Assembly (NCBI GenBank): GCA_040954595.2
Contig: CM082579.2
Location: forward strand, 5,567,525-5,631,524
Direction of reading: 5' to 3'
Source: Balanoglossus misakiensis
Taxonomy: Eukaryota; Animalia; Hemichordata
Length of the DNA: 64,000 nucleotides
In this document: in pieces, positions 40,206 to 52,980 of the stretch
How positions within the stretch are numbered: position 1 is the first letter of the stretch
Layout of the letters: each line of letters starts with the position of its first letter
The notes under the pieces: generated by a model
What the model saw: the letters and a program-made list of their open reading frames with translations, nothing else
The model's database searches: none
What the model was told of the DNA's origin: nothing
Translations under genes and position numbers: made by a program

Positions 40206-43200
40206 CACTGTTTTCCTGCCGGGGTAGATTTCTCAGCGCCAAGCTTGTCGGTCAAGAACTCCGGTGGTTCGAAAGTTCGTGCGGGCGGGTGGCGGTGCGT
40301 CCGTCCGTGCGTGCGGTGCGAAGACAGGGTTTTCAGCCGGGCCAACTCTCCACTGCGAAGTGACGACACGACTCGACGCGACAGACAACAGTTTCTCACA
40401 CAGTCGTTGCACCCGCTACTATAGCGTAACCCGATAGCATTAATGTGGCCTGCTTTACAAGACGGTTCAAAGGGAAGAGTACGTCATAAGTACCCATACG
40501 TCTTTTCTGCTGCTCTCTCTCTATTCAATCGACTGCACAGTCCCACTCTTGTTGCGTTTAATAGCGGTATTTCATCTGTCGCGCCGAGAAAGTTTTGCGC
40601 AGCGTTACAGTTTAAGAGGTCAAAGATATATTTATTCACCCCAGTATATGGAAGTTTCAGCGACTATTACGCTCCTCTGATGTACTAAGCTGTGTATTTT
40701 TCTTGCGAAAAAAATATTTGTAATTAATTTAAATGTTGGCAACCTGTTCGTTAATTACTTATTACTGGATTATTCAAATGTTATAGTATTTGCTATTTTT
40801 GACGTGCGACTCCTCTGCAGACGGGCCAGAGGCCTTGAAATGCAATAAACTAACGTAACCAGTTAAGGGGACGGTGGGGTTAACGTTGACCTCAGATGTG
40901 GACTTGCCGTGACCTTCGCTGGTTGTAACTGTATCCCTGGTGTTACAGAGAGACAAATGTATTTGTGATGCGCGGGTGGTACATGTATATGATCCCGGAC
41001 GATAAATGTCTGATGTTAGGGTACGTCCCGGGAGTTCATCTTACACATGTAACATGTAAGCCCTGGTGATGTTAGCAGGTTGCAAGTAAAAAAATTGATA
41101 CAGCTACAAGCTTTAGACTTCTAGGATTTTCGAGAGCGGTCGCGGTATTTGACCGCGCATAATACGGTCTACGTGTATATGTAACAGACATTAATTTGAC
41201 AATAATTTGAAACTGCCGCATATGTTGTCAATTAAAAACAGGATTGACGTTTGTACAGCCTTGAGCACCGAATAACCCAACCCTGTCGACTTTTCATTTC
41301 AGAAGAAAAAAAAGTTAAATTTAAATGCCATACTTGGATATGCATGTATATGCGCGATGGTTATCTTTTTCACATTTTGATTGCTTCTAAACTATTAAAA
41401 CGCGTTAAATTGATCGCTTCAAATATGCAACATTTGCGCCGGCATCAATCAATCAAGGGTCATCATCTTGGGCGAAGAGGGCACAGCACAGACAGGAATG
41501 CTGTAACTCGACATATGTTCGTGTAACGGCCTTTTCTGCGACAAAAGTGACCTTCTGACGAGCGACACTGGATCAGGTTATAAAGCATAATATTGATTAA
41601 TGCGATACGATGTACATGCATTTCACAACAGGTGGCGGGGATCGGGGTTGGGAGTTGGAGAGAAAGCTATATTTTGCGGTGGAATAGACGTGATGTGACC
41701 GTTAAGTGCAGATTCCGTCAGGGATAATGATAAATCCGGGTGTATACGTTGAAACCAATCAAAGTGTCTCCGTGATGACAGATTCATTGCGGATGAATGT
41801 ACAGTTCAACCAATATAGTGACGTGTGCATACCGGGAGCAGTAACGGCTCAGTGATGCGCGCGCACAGCTGCAAACAGTCACATAGCCAGAGGCCCAGTT
41901 GACGATCACCGCTCACTTGCAAAAGTCCTGCAGCTATATATAGCTAGCTCAACTTTTGAATGTTCTTGGTATTTTTTGTTTTGGAAACCAGCTGCTGTTT
42001 GAATCGCTGCAGTACAGTGACATGCCTAGCGGCGACGCCGTACCTGATCAATCAGTCAGCCCATAATGATGTCCAGTGATCAAAACTGAAGTCGAGTCCT
42101 GACTTGACACCGTTGTCGTTTCACACTCACATGCCTCGTGAATTGGCAATAAGATCACAGGGCATGTCTTCACGATATGAAATGCATTTAACTCTGTAAC
42201 AATTCGTGTCATCCTATGTAAAATAAGCCAAAACTTTCGCGTGTCGATGAAATCCCTTTCTTGTAAAAACACTCTTACTGATGCGTGACAAAAGCAATTA
42301 GACGCTCCAGTTGTTTTTATATCACTACATTTTATTTTTTCGTGTTTCTGGATTTGTCAATAGTACTGATATATTTTCATATTTCCAAGAAATTAATGTC
42401 CGCAAAAAGAATGTACAGCCAAATAAACCATGTTCAAAAATAAGGGTATAATTAAAATTAGTAAGACAAAAGATTATATTTTGACAGCCACAGTGAGTGA
42501 CCATGAGTAAGAACAACAAGAATGGGTGGGTATAGAACACCCTCTATCGTCAACACCAGTGTGAGGAACGTTGTTAGTAGATTCAAGTCCGGACCTAAAA
42601 TCCAACTATTGTCAAAAATATAATAAATCTAGTTCAGTGCCCATAAAGTCGGTGTTTCTATGCTGTATCCAATGCTTTAGGAAGTAATAACCAGAAGGCT
42701 TTGCTTGATACACTGAAAATAAAACCTGAACAATTATTCTAAAATTACGTCACAATTATACCATGGCAACTTTCTGATACATACATTCCATTGTAATACT
42801 ATCACCCGAATGTTTTACAACAAAAACCAACAACCATAAGAATAAATTCAAAAGTGTGTTAAAGTCAAAAATATATATAACAACGGATATGTATCATTTC
42901 GCTAATATCGTCAACTTTGAATTTGCATTGAATGTATCCATCAAACAGCCTCTGTAGACAAGGATAAACACGGTGGGGGGGAGGGGGTCGCTTCACCTTC
43001 CCGTATCTAATCAAGCATAGACATTTCCTTTGGAAAGAAAATACTAATGACAGGTCAACTGAAATGGTAATCGCACCATAAATTTAAAAAAAAATCGATT
43101 TCATTGCTCCTTTATTTTATTTTTTACTTTGCGAGATCTTGGAGCGCTATTGTCCTTCTGACTGTATAACAAAATGTTGGTCGACAGTCATGTGACAATG

Positions 43201-43800
43201 CTAAACGATCCCCTTTTCCGACACGGAAAAAAATAACACGGAGTCGAAAATATGAATGCTGAAGACAGGCTCTTTGCTGATTGTAGTTGTGAAAACACGT
43301 CGACTTCTGTTCCGCTTGGTGAAGCTTGCATAATGGTCAGCAGGGCTTTGCCACCCCTCGGCTTGTACAGACGCGTATGAATGCACATATATAGATTACA
43401 TTATTTGCGGTACATTAAGTATGTGAAATATTTCCATATTAAGTCTGTGCGCCAATTCTGGTGCAAAAACTCGCAAGAGACCATTCTGCATGCTCCAGAG
43501 AGGAAAACAATATTACATTAAATAACTTGCTGAACATGAAAATGTCAAAACTGAAACTATTATATCAGCCTGTGTGTCGTTTATCCTTCCAACCAGTAAA
43601 CATTTGATAATCTGCGGTAAACAACCCCTGAAGATAAAATGCATTTCAAAATTCATCCAACCACAATTTGTAATTACCAGGCCTATGTGCGTTGCAGGCT
43701 CAGAATCGTCTTATTAGTGCGTTCAGAATTCTGTTCAGAAGATCATTGAGGTATAACTTTAAGAAGAGGGCGTTGATGGCGTGTCGCAGGTTAGCATACG

Positions 43801-46800
43801 TTAATATTTATAGTCATTACTCATGGAAGGATCGCCCGGCCCGATGTAAGCCCCGTTTCCCGTCGTCGGCAAATATCTCTCGGTGGGGTTGCGGTACATC
43901 TCCTCCTCCTGGCGGTGCCTCGCCACCTCCTTCTTGTGCTCATCCAACATCGGTCCCCAATCGGGGCTTGGTTTCAAGGAATTCTTGAGACGCTGCAAAA
44001 ACATGAAGAGAACTTGTGGAGAACTTGTAGACACAAAGAAAGGGGGTGGCTTATTTATGTCAAACCACGCTCGGTACGTTTGGGCCCATCATTTCTTCTC
44101 GAATCCTTGACAATGAGAATACGATCATTGGGCCACATCGCGACTTGCATGAAGCAAACATTTGTCCATGTTCGAATTTTTATTTTTTTATTTCATTATG
44201 AATCTTATTATGTTATTTTGTATACATCAACTTACCTCCATGAAAGAGCCAACTTCTTTGCAAGGCAGGTGGTACAGCATGTAGAAAAAGATGACGCTGA
44301 CTGACCCCATGACCATCAGCCAAGCCAAGACGGGGTCCGCCCAGTAAGGATACTCGTAGGCGCCAAGGGTGACGGGCGCGTAGTCGATGATGTAATAGAC
44401 AATTATAAACTGTAACAATAAAGAATTTCAACGCTTATTATTTCCATTGGGAGGAGGTCAATGCATCAGCTTTGAAGATCAGCAGCGATCGATGAAGTGA
44501 TAATGCAAGCTTGCTGCTGATTGGTCAATTCGCTTGTCAAGCAACTCTGTAAACAGGTGCACCTCAACAGATGTGCTGTGTATGAATGGTGGCGCCTACG
44601 AGAAAAGACCCCCGGAGACGCTTCATGTATCTTTCTGTTGTAAGATTTAGCGAGAACAAATTTGGCTTACCACGAGCAAGAACGGTGCGATAAACAGCGG
44701 TATGATGCCGGTGCAATACATAGCAATCCAATAGGCCTTGGGTCTCTCTCCAACCATGACCCTGATGTTTTCTATTAAATTGCGGAAACCTGGAAACAGA
44801 TACAACATTAACCAAATTTACCCTTGTGATAATTGGATATACTTGGATAGACATGATCTCTGCTGATAATTAAATAATTCTTTCAGATCGCATACCCTTT
44901 CCACAATTACACCTTTCATATGCCCCAAAGAGGGCGCTCATCTAGACTTACCATAAACGTACGTGACCACTAGAAGTTCGGTCAAGCCAATGATAAGCAT
45001 GGAGAATCCAGCGGCATAGCTGTCTTGCAAGACCAACCAGTAAATGCCAGCCTACACGGATGGAACAGAGAAAATAATGTGGTGTATCTGATAAGTCTAT
45101 AATTGGCATGCAAACCGTGGCATGATAAACACCAACGCCTCAATGCTATTTCCGTGCACCTCTCCTGCTTGTATTTCGACATCAGTATTTTCAGTGTACA
45201 TGCATTTTGTAACACAACAACAACAACAACAACAACAACCGTATTGCCTGGGGGAACACCGGGCTACGTTGATGCAAATTACCTGAGTCACGTGTGGAAA
45301 ACCAAGGAAAAAGAATGCGATGCAAATAACGAGTGGCAGTATCCATCGGCGTCCCTTGAGTTTTTCGCGAATGATTCCAAAGTCGTCGTGAAGAGACGTC
45401 ACTATGGTTTCCACCATGACGACCTGGTAAAAAAACACAGGAAAAAGTGTCGTTTCAGAGAGCATGCTAATTACATTGGGTAATATTCACGATGCTCCAA
45501 AAAAACTCCCAGTTGGTAGCAAAATTTCACCTAAATATCTGTACTGGTTTGAAATTTAAGGTAACGGAAAGATGAGATAAATGGGATTTGGCAAAAAACA
45601 ATTGTAATATCTCACCAGAGAGCCAACACCAAGGGTGATCAGCATGATGAAGAAGAGAATTGACCATAGCGGAGATACAGGTAGTCTTGACAACGCTTCC
45701 GGGTATGCGATGAAAGTCAACCCAACCCCTGCAAGATTAATTTGAAATACGTGAAGCTGCATTGGTACAAAGTTTTGTATATTTGCCATCAAAAAAATTA
45801 AAACAAGTAAATTTTCACCAGCCATGCCATGAAGATAAGATAGCGCTTGGTGAAATTGAAGGATTTTTTTTACAAACGAAATCTGAAAATACCTGAATCA
45901 ACCACATCCTTCACTTCTTGTCCGGTCTCGTGTGCCATGAACCCGAGAATAGAGAAGATAGCGAACCCTGCGAAGACACTCGTGCCACAGTTGAGGAGAG
46001 GAATGATTGCCGCGTCACTGTAACAACATCAAAGGTCAGAGGTCAGAGGCTAAAGCATAGACAGTAGAGGGGGCTGTCTATGGCTGAAGCTAGGCATTAG
46101 TGACATTCTTAAAGAAATGTCTCCGCGGTGTACACTACCGGTCTGAGGAACTACGCTACTCACAGGTAAACGTTGTTGTGAAATTTGTTGTAGCTTGAGA
46201 CCACGTGAAGTCCGCCATTAGCGGCGCTCAGCGAGAAGAAGATCTGGGCTGCAGCGTCTTTCCACACCTTGGCGTTCGACAGGTACTCCCACTGCGGCTC
46301 CATGTAGAATCTGATGCCGTCGCTTGCACCGGGAAGCGTTATTCCTCGTATAAACAAGATCAGGAGTACGACGTAAGGGAATGTGGCGGTGAAGTACACG
46401 ACCTGAGGGGATAATCGAATTAGTTGAGTTTGTGATTTTGGTTTCGTCCAAATCCATTGTTTTCTATGATAATATTGGACATCACCGTCATCATCACCAC
46501 CACCACCACCACCACATCATCATCATCACCACCACCACTGACTCCACCGTGCTCTTACCTTGCCAACTGACTTGACACCTTTGATAAGTGTCAGAAATGT
46601 GAGAACCCAGGCGAACAGCAAACACAACGTCACCGCCCAAACCAGATATCCCGTTTCCTCGATACCAGAGGACTGGTGCAGAACATAATGTCTGAATGTT
46701 AAATAAATAATGTAACGGTGAGTTTATGAGAACCTCTTTAAGAAAATTACTGAAGAAAGTCGATGACTATTGTGCACCTCAGAAAAGAGAAAACGATCAT

Positions 46801-49800
46801 ATCGTTTGAGGGCGCTCCACCCTTCTGACCCTTGGTAAGGCGTAATAGGAGGGATCAAATATTTCACGACAAAATTAACAAAGAGAGTTTCTGGGTTATT
46901 CATGTAACTGATGGGAATCACTGTGAGTTTTGTCAGGATTTTACAGGATAAGAACGCAAAGGCAGAGTATGAGTCAACACTTATGAGACTTTGCTTTTCA
47001 TGTGCGTGTATGCGAGTAGGTGCAACAATCAAAGTTCCACTTGACACCAAGTTTTGACTGACAGGACAGCATAGGCGCCAACTGACCTTGGTGTCACTTT
47101 TTTGTTATAAGTGCGATAAAGCTGGTTGCACTTCCATTCAGTATTAAATATTTGACTAAGAACATTTTCCCGTTAGGTTCTTGTACTCGAAATGAAGTAT
47201 TGCGTGGAAATCAATCTTACGTAAAGTACTCCTCACTAGCGCTGGTTATGTTTGTCGTGTTTTCGGGTTGAGTTGCATTGACATCTCTATCGTCAAAGCA
47301 CTTTTCTGTATTCCAGTAGTTGTTGCACCCGACCCAGGGGAGGCTGGGCAAATCCGTGAACGAGGCGAATGTGTAGAATACCGCCCAGCTCATGACGACA
47401 TTGTAGTATATGGCGACCATGCCACTCAGGATCACCATAGCATAGCCGAGCCCTAAGAGAGGGTTGAAAGGGAAACGGAAAACTTTTAGGTTTATTTTTC
47501 ATTTCTGTGATTCAAAGTGGATTTTGTGGGTTGTCTTCGGCGTCGACGGGATGGTGGTGGTGGTGATGGTGATGATGGTGATGGTGATGATGATGATGAG
47601 GAGGAGGAGGAGGAAATCTACTCACCTTTAAATAAAGGGCAACATTTCCATACTCCGATACATCCTTGACTGGCGTACTGACCTAACGTTAGCTCGATGA
47701 GAAAAACTGGCATTCCAACGAAGAACAACATAATCGCGTATGGTATAAGGAATGCACCTAGAATCAAACACCATGGACGTAAATTATTTACCGATTATTT
47801 ACTACTTCGGAAGAGTGACACTAGTCTACCTAAAATCGGCAAGGGGTTTGGGTCACGGTGACCTTTGTGCAGTTAGTAGGAAGAGGTCAACGTCCACTTC
47901 TCAAATCATGATTGATAAAACGCCAATAAACGGGATAACAGCAAAGTGTGATCAACGTCAGTCGAATTACACTATCCGTTGCGTGGCAACACACAGATCG
48001 ATTTATTTATAATCAAACACCGAACGATAGTAAGTCATCGCATCAATTTTGCGTACCCGGATGTTCAATTTCCAAAATGTTCACCTTTGCACTCGATTGT
48101 GTTTAGCGTTTATTCCCGACTAAGCTCTCCGAAGACTCACAAGGAGCTTGTTTGGCTGGCTGCCATAACCGATGGCACGCACTGCCATCGCCAGTTTCCA
48201 AACTTGCGAGTCGTCACAGACGTTGACGGGTGAATTGACTGCATTTTGAAATCGGGAAATGGACGTTTCTTTTTTGCCATGTTGGACTGCATTCGCTCTT
48301 TGTTTTTCAACACTGATGTACATGTATATACCGCAGTCACCTACAGCGCGCAGGATTTATGATATAGGTGACGAGAATTTCACGTGCACCGAAAAATTTA
48401 TGCCCGAATGTTTGTCTAAATTTGACAAGCATTTGGTCTGCGCATGTAATGAGCGTGTCCGGAAGATAAAAAATGAATTTATGGTTTAATACCGGATATA
48501 TAGCATATCGACATCTGCGGATATTTTAATATTTCACATCCTTATTAAATTTAGACGTAAGTTCTAGCCCTGTTAATCTAAAGGTGCTTATAAACCCCTT
48601 GAAGTCAACTTCTGAATGAATCATAAATGCATATATTTAAAACAGGAATGGAGACTCGTAGACAAAAAGCAGCTTTAGTCTGGAGCAGCGTTTTCCCCAC
48701 AGTAGGGATCTGGAAAAGGTGGACTAGAAAATTTTAATAAAGGTATAACAAAGTAAATATTGAACTCCAGAAATGTTTTGGTCGCTGGGTTACGATTCTA
48801 CGCTACATCGTCGGCACAAAGTCAACATTTATTTTCCCGCCAACACATATATAGTTTGTGGCTGGAAATATGTCTGTCACGTAATTTTTTTGTGCACGCA
48901 CTTGACACATAAATTATTCCATGCACACAGAAGTTCTCCAGTCCGCCATTTTCTCCGCAGGTGCCGAAATGGGAACCGAAGGTCGGTCGCAAATCATCGA
49001 ATTCAATTTGATGGTCCTTGTAAATGCGGATGAAACTGCCAGATGCCCTTATTTGGTATGGACGCTGTTCGGCTGAAACCACCTTCACATGGTGGGGGGG
49101 GGGGGGTACCACCGGGAATGTTATTCGCGCATAATTTTCCTAAATCGTACTTTCTTTGTACGCAACATGAAAACAATGCATGACCACCATAGTTTCTCAA
49201 TACTTTACAGACGTTGGTGTTTGTTTTTTATGCCAGGTGTTTTACCGAATCCGAAAGAAATAATTTCAAAGCCTTTTGGCAATTGAGTTCAGGAAACTAG
49301 TATTTTAGTTACAATTTGTTTATGTTTACACTGTGGAAACAAAACGTGCCTGTTTTGTGGACCAAGACAATAGGCAGACCGCACTCGGAAATATGTTGAT
49401 AAAGATATTTGGTCACGAGTGTGACCAATCATATCAAAATTGACCACCTGATGACGAAGAAAGTGGTGTGTAGGACCGCAGAGACCACAAACCACAAGTC
49501 GCTGCGCTGATAACAACGATGTTTACCACACAATCGAGACCATAGCTTTGAAAGTAGGACAATAAAGCTATGTATATCAAAACGTGTTGGGACCAAACAA
49601 GTGTGGACCAGGTGTTTTTGTGTTCTTTATTATTTTATTGCCGTTTTTGTGATAAAAATAATCTGAACTAAGGCCAGAGTATGAAGGTTGAATTGAATGG
49701 CTACAAGATAACATCAGGCAAAAAAGACTCGTTTTTTCGCCTACGTTATTTGGCATTTAAAATCTCCCTTCTTGTGACTTTTGCATTTTGTTAGTTTTCA

Positions 49801-52800
49801 TAAGGTCACGAAAAAAGAGTAAACGGTAGGATATCTGACAACAGAAAAATGCTGGGCTTGAAAAGTCCTGTGGCGCAAACATATTGGGAAACAGTGCCGA
49901 GTGCAAATGATTTATAGTCAACTTAACTGATACAATTTTCATATCAGAAGCACTTTGACATGGGTATTGTTGTAAACTTGTTTGTGGGCAGGCGTTGTAT
50001 TTGTTATATGATATCGAATGGATACACGACAAAGCCCTGTGATACACTTGCTAGAATCCGCCAGATATGTTGCCAACTTTGTTTTTTAACCATGAAGTGA
50101 CCTCACAGTTTGCCCGTGTACTGGGATTACTCCACACACATACAACATATTTCAAGTTATCGGTTTATGATGCACTCTTGCTAAATTACAAAAAAAAAAT
50201 GTGTTCGTGATCGAACAGGTAATGATAGGGTGCTTCCGTCAAACGAAACCATGGCAATTTAGGTCGCCGTAGAACAACACACACTAGCTCATTATTATGC
50301 GCCCTGGCAGTCCTCGGTGACGTCAACAGAAATGTCATGTACATGTACTACCACTTCACTTTATTTACAGGACCTGTTTTGCCGATAATATATCTGGTAC
50401 AGATAATTTATTTTGTTGATCAATTTCGCCAGCATGGCATGGGTACAGTTAGCCTCTTATACTTTCTATAACTTGACTGCGCCGCATGCACTGCGCGGCA
50501 GATGTAATTAACGTTTCGCCTTATACTCACCTCCCCCGTTGCTGTAGCACAGGTACGGAAACCTCCACAGGTTTCCCAGGCCGACGGCGTAGCCCAGACA
50601 CGACAGAATAAACTCCGCCTTGCGACCCCAGTTCCCTCTTTCCACGTTCTCATCTTTGCTGTCGCCTACAGTTTGCTGTTCCAGTTCTTTTAGTTCAAGT
50701 TCACTTTTCGACTGGTTGATCTGTGCATCCTTTAAAAATTCAGACAGTAGATATAGAATTAAAAACCTAGACAACATGACAGTGACACTTGATGTTCATT
50801 ACAGTATGTCCATCGTAGTGACATGACGTCTGGGGGGGGGGGAAACAGTGAACTCTACTTAAACGCGATAAAAAGTTTTCATAAACTTTCCCACCGACTT
50901 GATATACTTTTACTACATCCCTAGATAGATAAACGCCCGGCCATAGCGTGTCATGACATACGTTTCTCTCTATGACCTTGGTCAGTTTGTTTTAATGTCA
51001 TGGTGACACACTTGACCCAAATAAGTGTCCCTAATGCCCCTATATGTCTTTACGTGCAACGTTTCTTCCGGCCAGGTCAATGTACCTTGGCTATGACGCA
51101 TGTCAGATATCTTGGTGGCCTCCAAAGAAAAGGTCAACTTGCCACAGTTTTCTAGAATTGTCTTCATTTTTTGTTCTATGTATGTAATATATGAAAAATT
51201 ATTTCTTGTTTCTGTTCCCTGGACTAAATCCCCACGAATTTGCTCGCTAGCATATTTAAAATAATGTATAAAGATAGTTACATTGTACATGCATTATAGT
51301 TGACAAGTGACTTTGTCGAGACTTGAATTCAGTATTAACAACAATCTTGACTATACACGTGTGGCATAGAATTGGACCTCTCATCATGATTTTAATGAGA
51401 GATTCTAATAAGAAGCTGTTTTGACACCAAAAAAGAAAACCGAAGCACAGACAAAAGTTGCCTTTAAGCCAAAATCTGTCATCTTTATGATTATTGATTG
51501 CCTGTTTACTGTTCTTTGCAAGTTCTGACGGGAAGGTTTACACATGCAATGTTTATGATAAGCGCTGTTTATCAACGAGAAGCGACTCACCAATGAGCTT
51601 ACAATATATTGCATTTTATTGGCTATAGAGTTTTTCACACGCATGTACATGAGATCCCAATCTTTATGACTGCATTGTGGTAAAGGGTCAAACGATCCAG
51701 GGCATCAAGTACATGTACTAGTAAAAACCAACTTCTAGCCAATGGCGCCGTTTCACAAACCAGTGACGGTTACCGATTGGTAATTGGGTATATTCATGTG
51801 AAAAAAGGTACTTTCGAGAGGCAGAATTTCGTTTGTATTATTACCCATGCTCCTAGGTTTAAAGGAAATCGACTTTAGCGTCCGAGCGGGGACCAAGGTT
51901 AGGCGTTACCGAGTTGTAGACTTTTGATTTATCACCGGCGATATAAATAATAAGTCCTTATATTTTACCGTTGTAGACTGCACCACGTGGTACCGACATG
52001 TACAGGGCACACGAGCGCATGTGAGCTGTTTATAACACAAACACGCCAAATATGTGATTTTTTTCGTTTTAACTTGGACGTTAACCGAGAAATGTATAGT
52101 ACGGTGTATATCTGTGTCGACCAGTCGCCGCAGACGCGAGCAAGTGACATTTCCTTGGCACTGTCGGTTTTTTTGCCCCCCCCCCCCTCCGAGGGAGAGC
52201 AAACATATGAGTTACATATTAGGAGAATGTCCTCCCTTTGAAAACAAATATCACATGTAAATATCAACACAGGGTCATCACGATTCAGGGCGTGGCCAGG
52301 ATTTTTCCCCATCTAAAGTCATGAGTCAGTAGTGACAGTCATGTTTGACTTTCAACCTTTGGTTTACTCCCTTGTACTCGGGGTCACACCCAAAATCTAT
52401 CAGGGACGACGATTTCGGTTTCTGGAAGTATCGACTCCCCGATGAACGCGTTTCAACGTGACATCTTTTCGTGATGCTTATAGCGTGGTTTGTTTTCTTG
52501 CTTTTGCACTTGCCGGTGTCGAGTTAAAGTTTGCTGTTTTTATTTTTATGAACGAATGCAATATTTCAAGTTCATTGAATGTGACAAAAGGTTTAAGGCC
52601 GCATCGTGGGGGATAACATCGATGACAGTAATGTACACTTACTGCGAAAACTTTATCCTTGCTCTCGTGCTAGATACAGACCTTTAGCAAGCTCTCAGAA
52701 AATGTCAGCAACAGGTGGTTGTGGCAACATGCGGGCATGACATGAATGTGCAGACAGAGACTACTGCTAATAAAAAAAGGCGCTCGGGATTTCAAGTGTA

Positions 52801-52980
52801 AAAACGACGACAATTGTTTTTTTCGTTTGAAGAAATGTGTCTTGATGCACTCATCTGCACAGAGGTTTCATGAAACTCTCGCAATGCAGCTTCGTGTTTG
52901 ATATAGAATGATGGTAATAAAAGATGATGCAAGCGTCGGCTTTAACTTACCTCTGGTTGCGCCAGGTTGACCGAACTCAT
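43801..52980 (-). CDS. SLC6/NSS transporter copy 4; 13 coding exons (exons 6 and 7 fused), 642 aa
   Basis: Exons 52980-52951, 50729-50531, 47757-47626, 47452-47221, 46691-46559, 46402-46164 (239 nt = 135+104), 46017-45893, 45728-45616, 45423-45283, 45051-44952, 44789-44671, 44409-44236, 43992-43801; frame open, GT-AG introns. Confidence 0.92.
46480..46537. repeat. (CAT/CAC)n microsatellite in intron 5 of SLC6 copy 4
   Basis: Mixed catcat/caccac run. Confidence 0.85.
47550..47614. repeat. (GGT/GAT/GAG)n compound microsatellite in intron 3 of SLC6 copy 4
   Basis: gatggtggtggtggtgatggtgatgatg...gaggaggaggagg. Confidence 0.85.

Noticed and set aside
11240-52980. Assigning SLC6A5/SLC6A9 symbols, or calling any copy a pseudogene
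   Set aside because: Key GlyT residues differ and orthology needs a phylogeny; all four frames are open with compatible splice phases.
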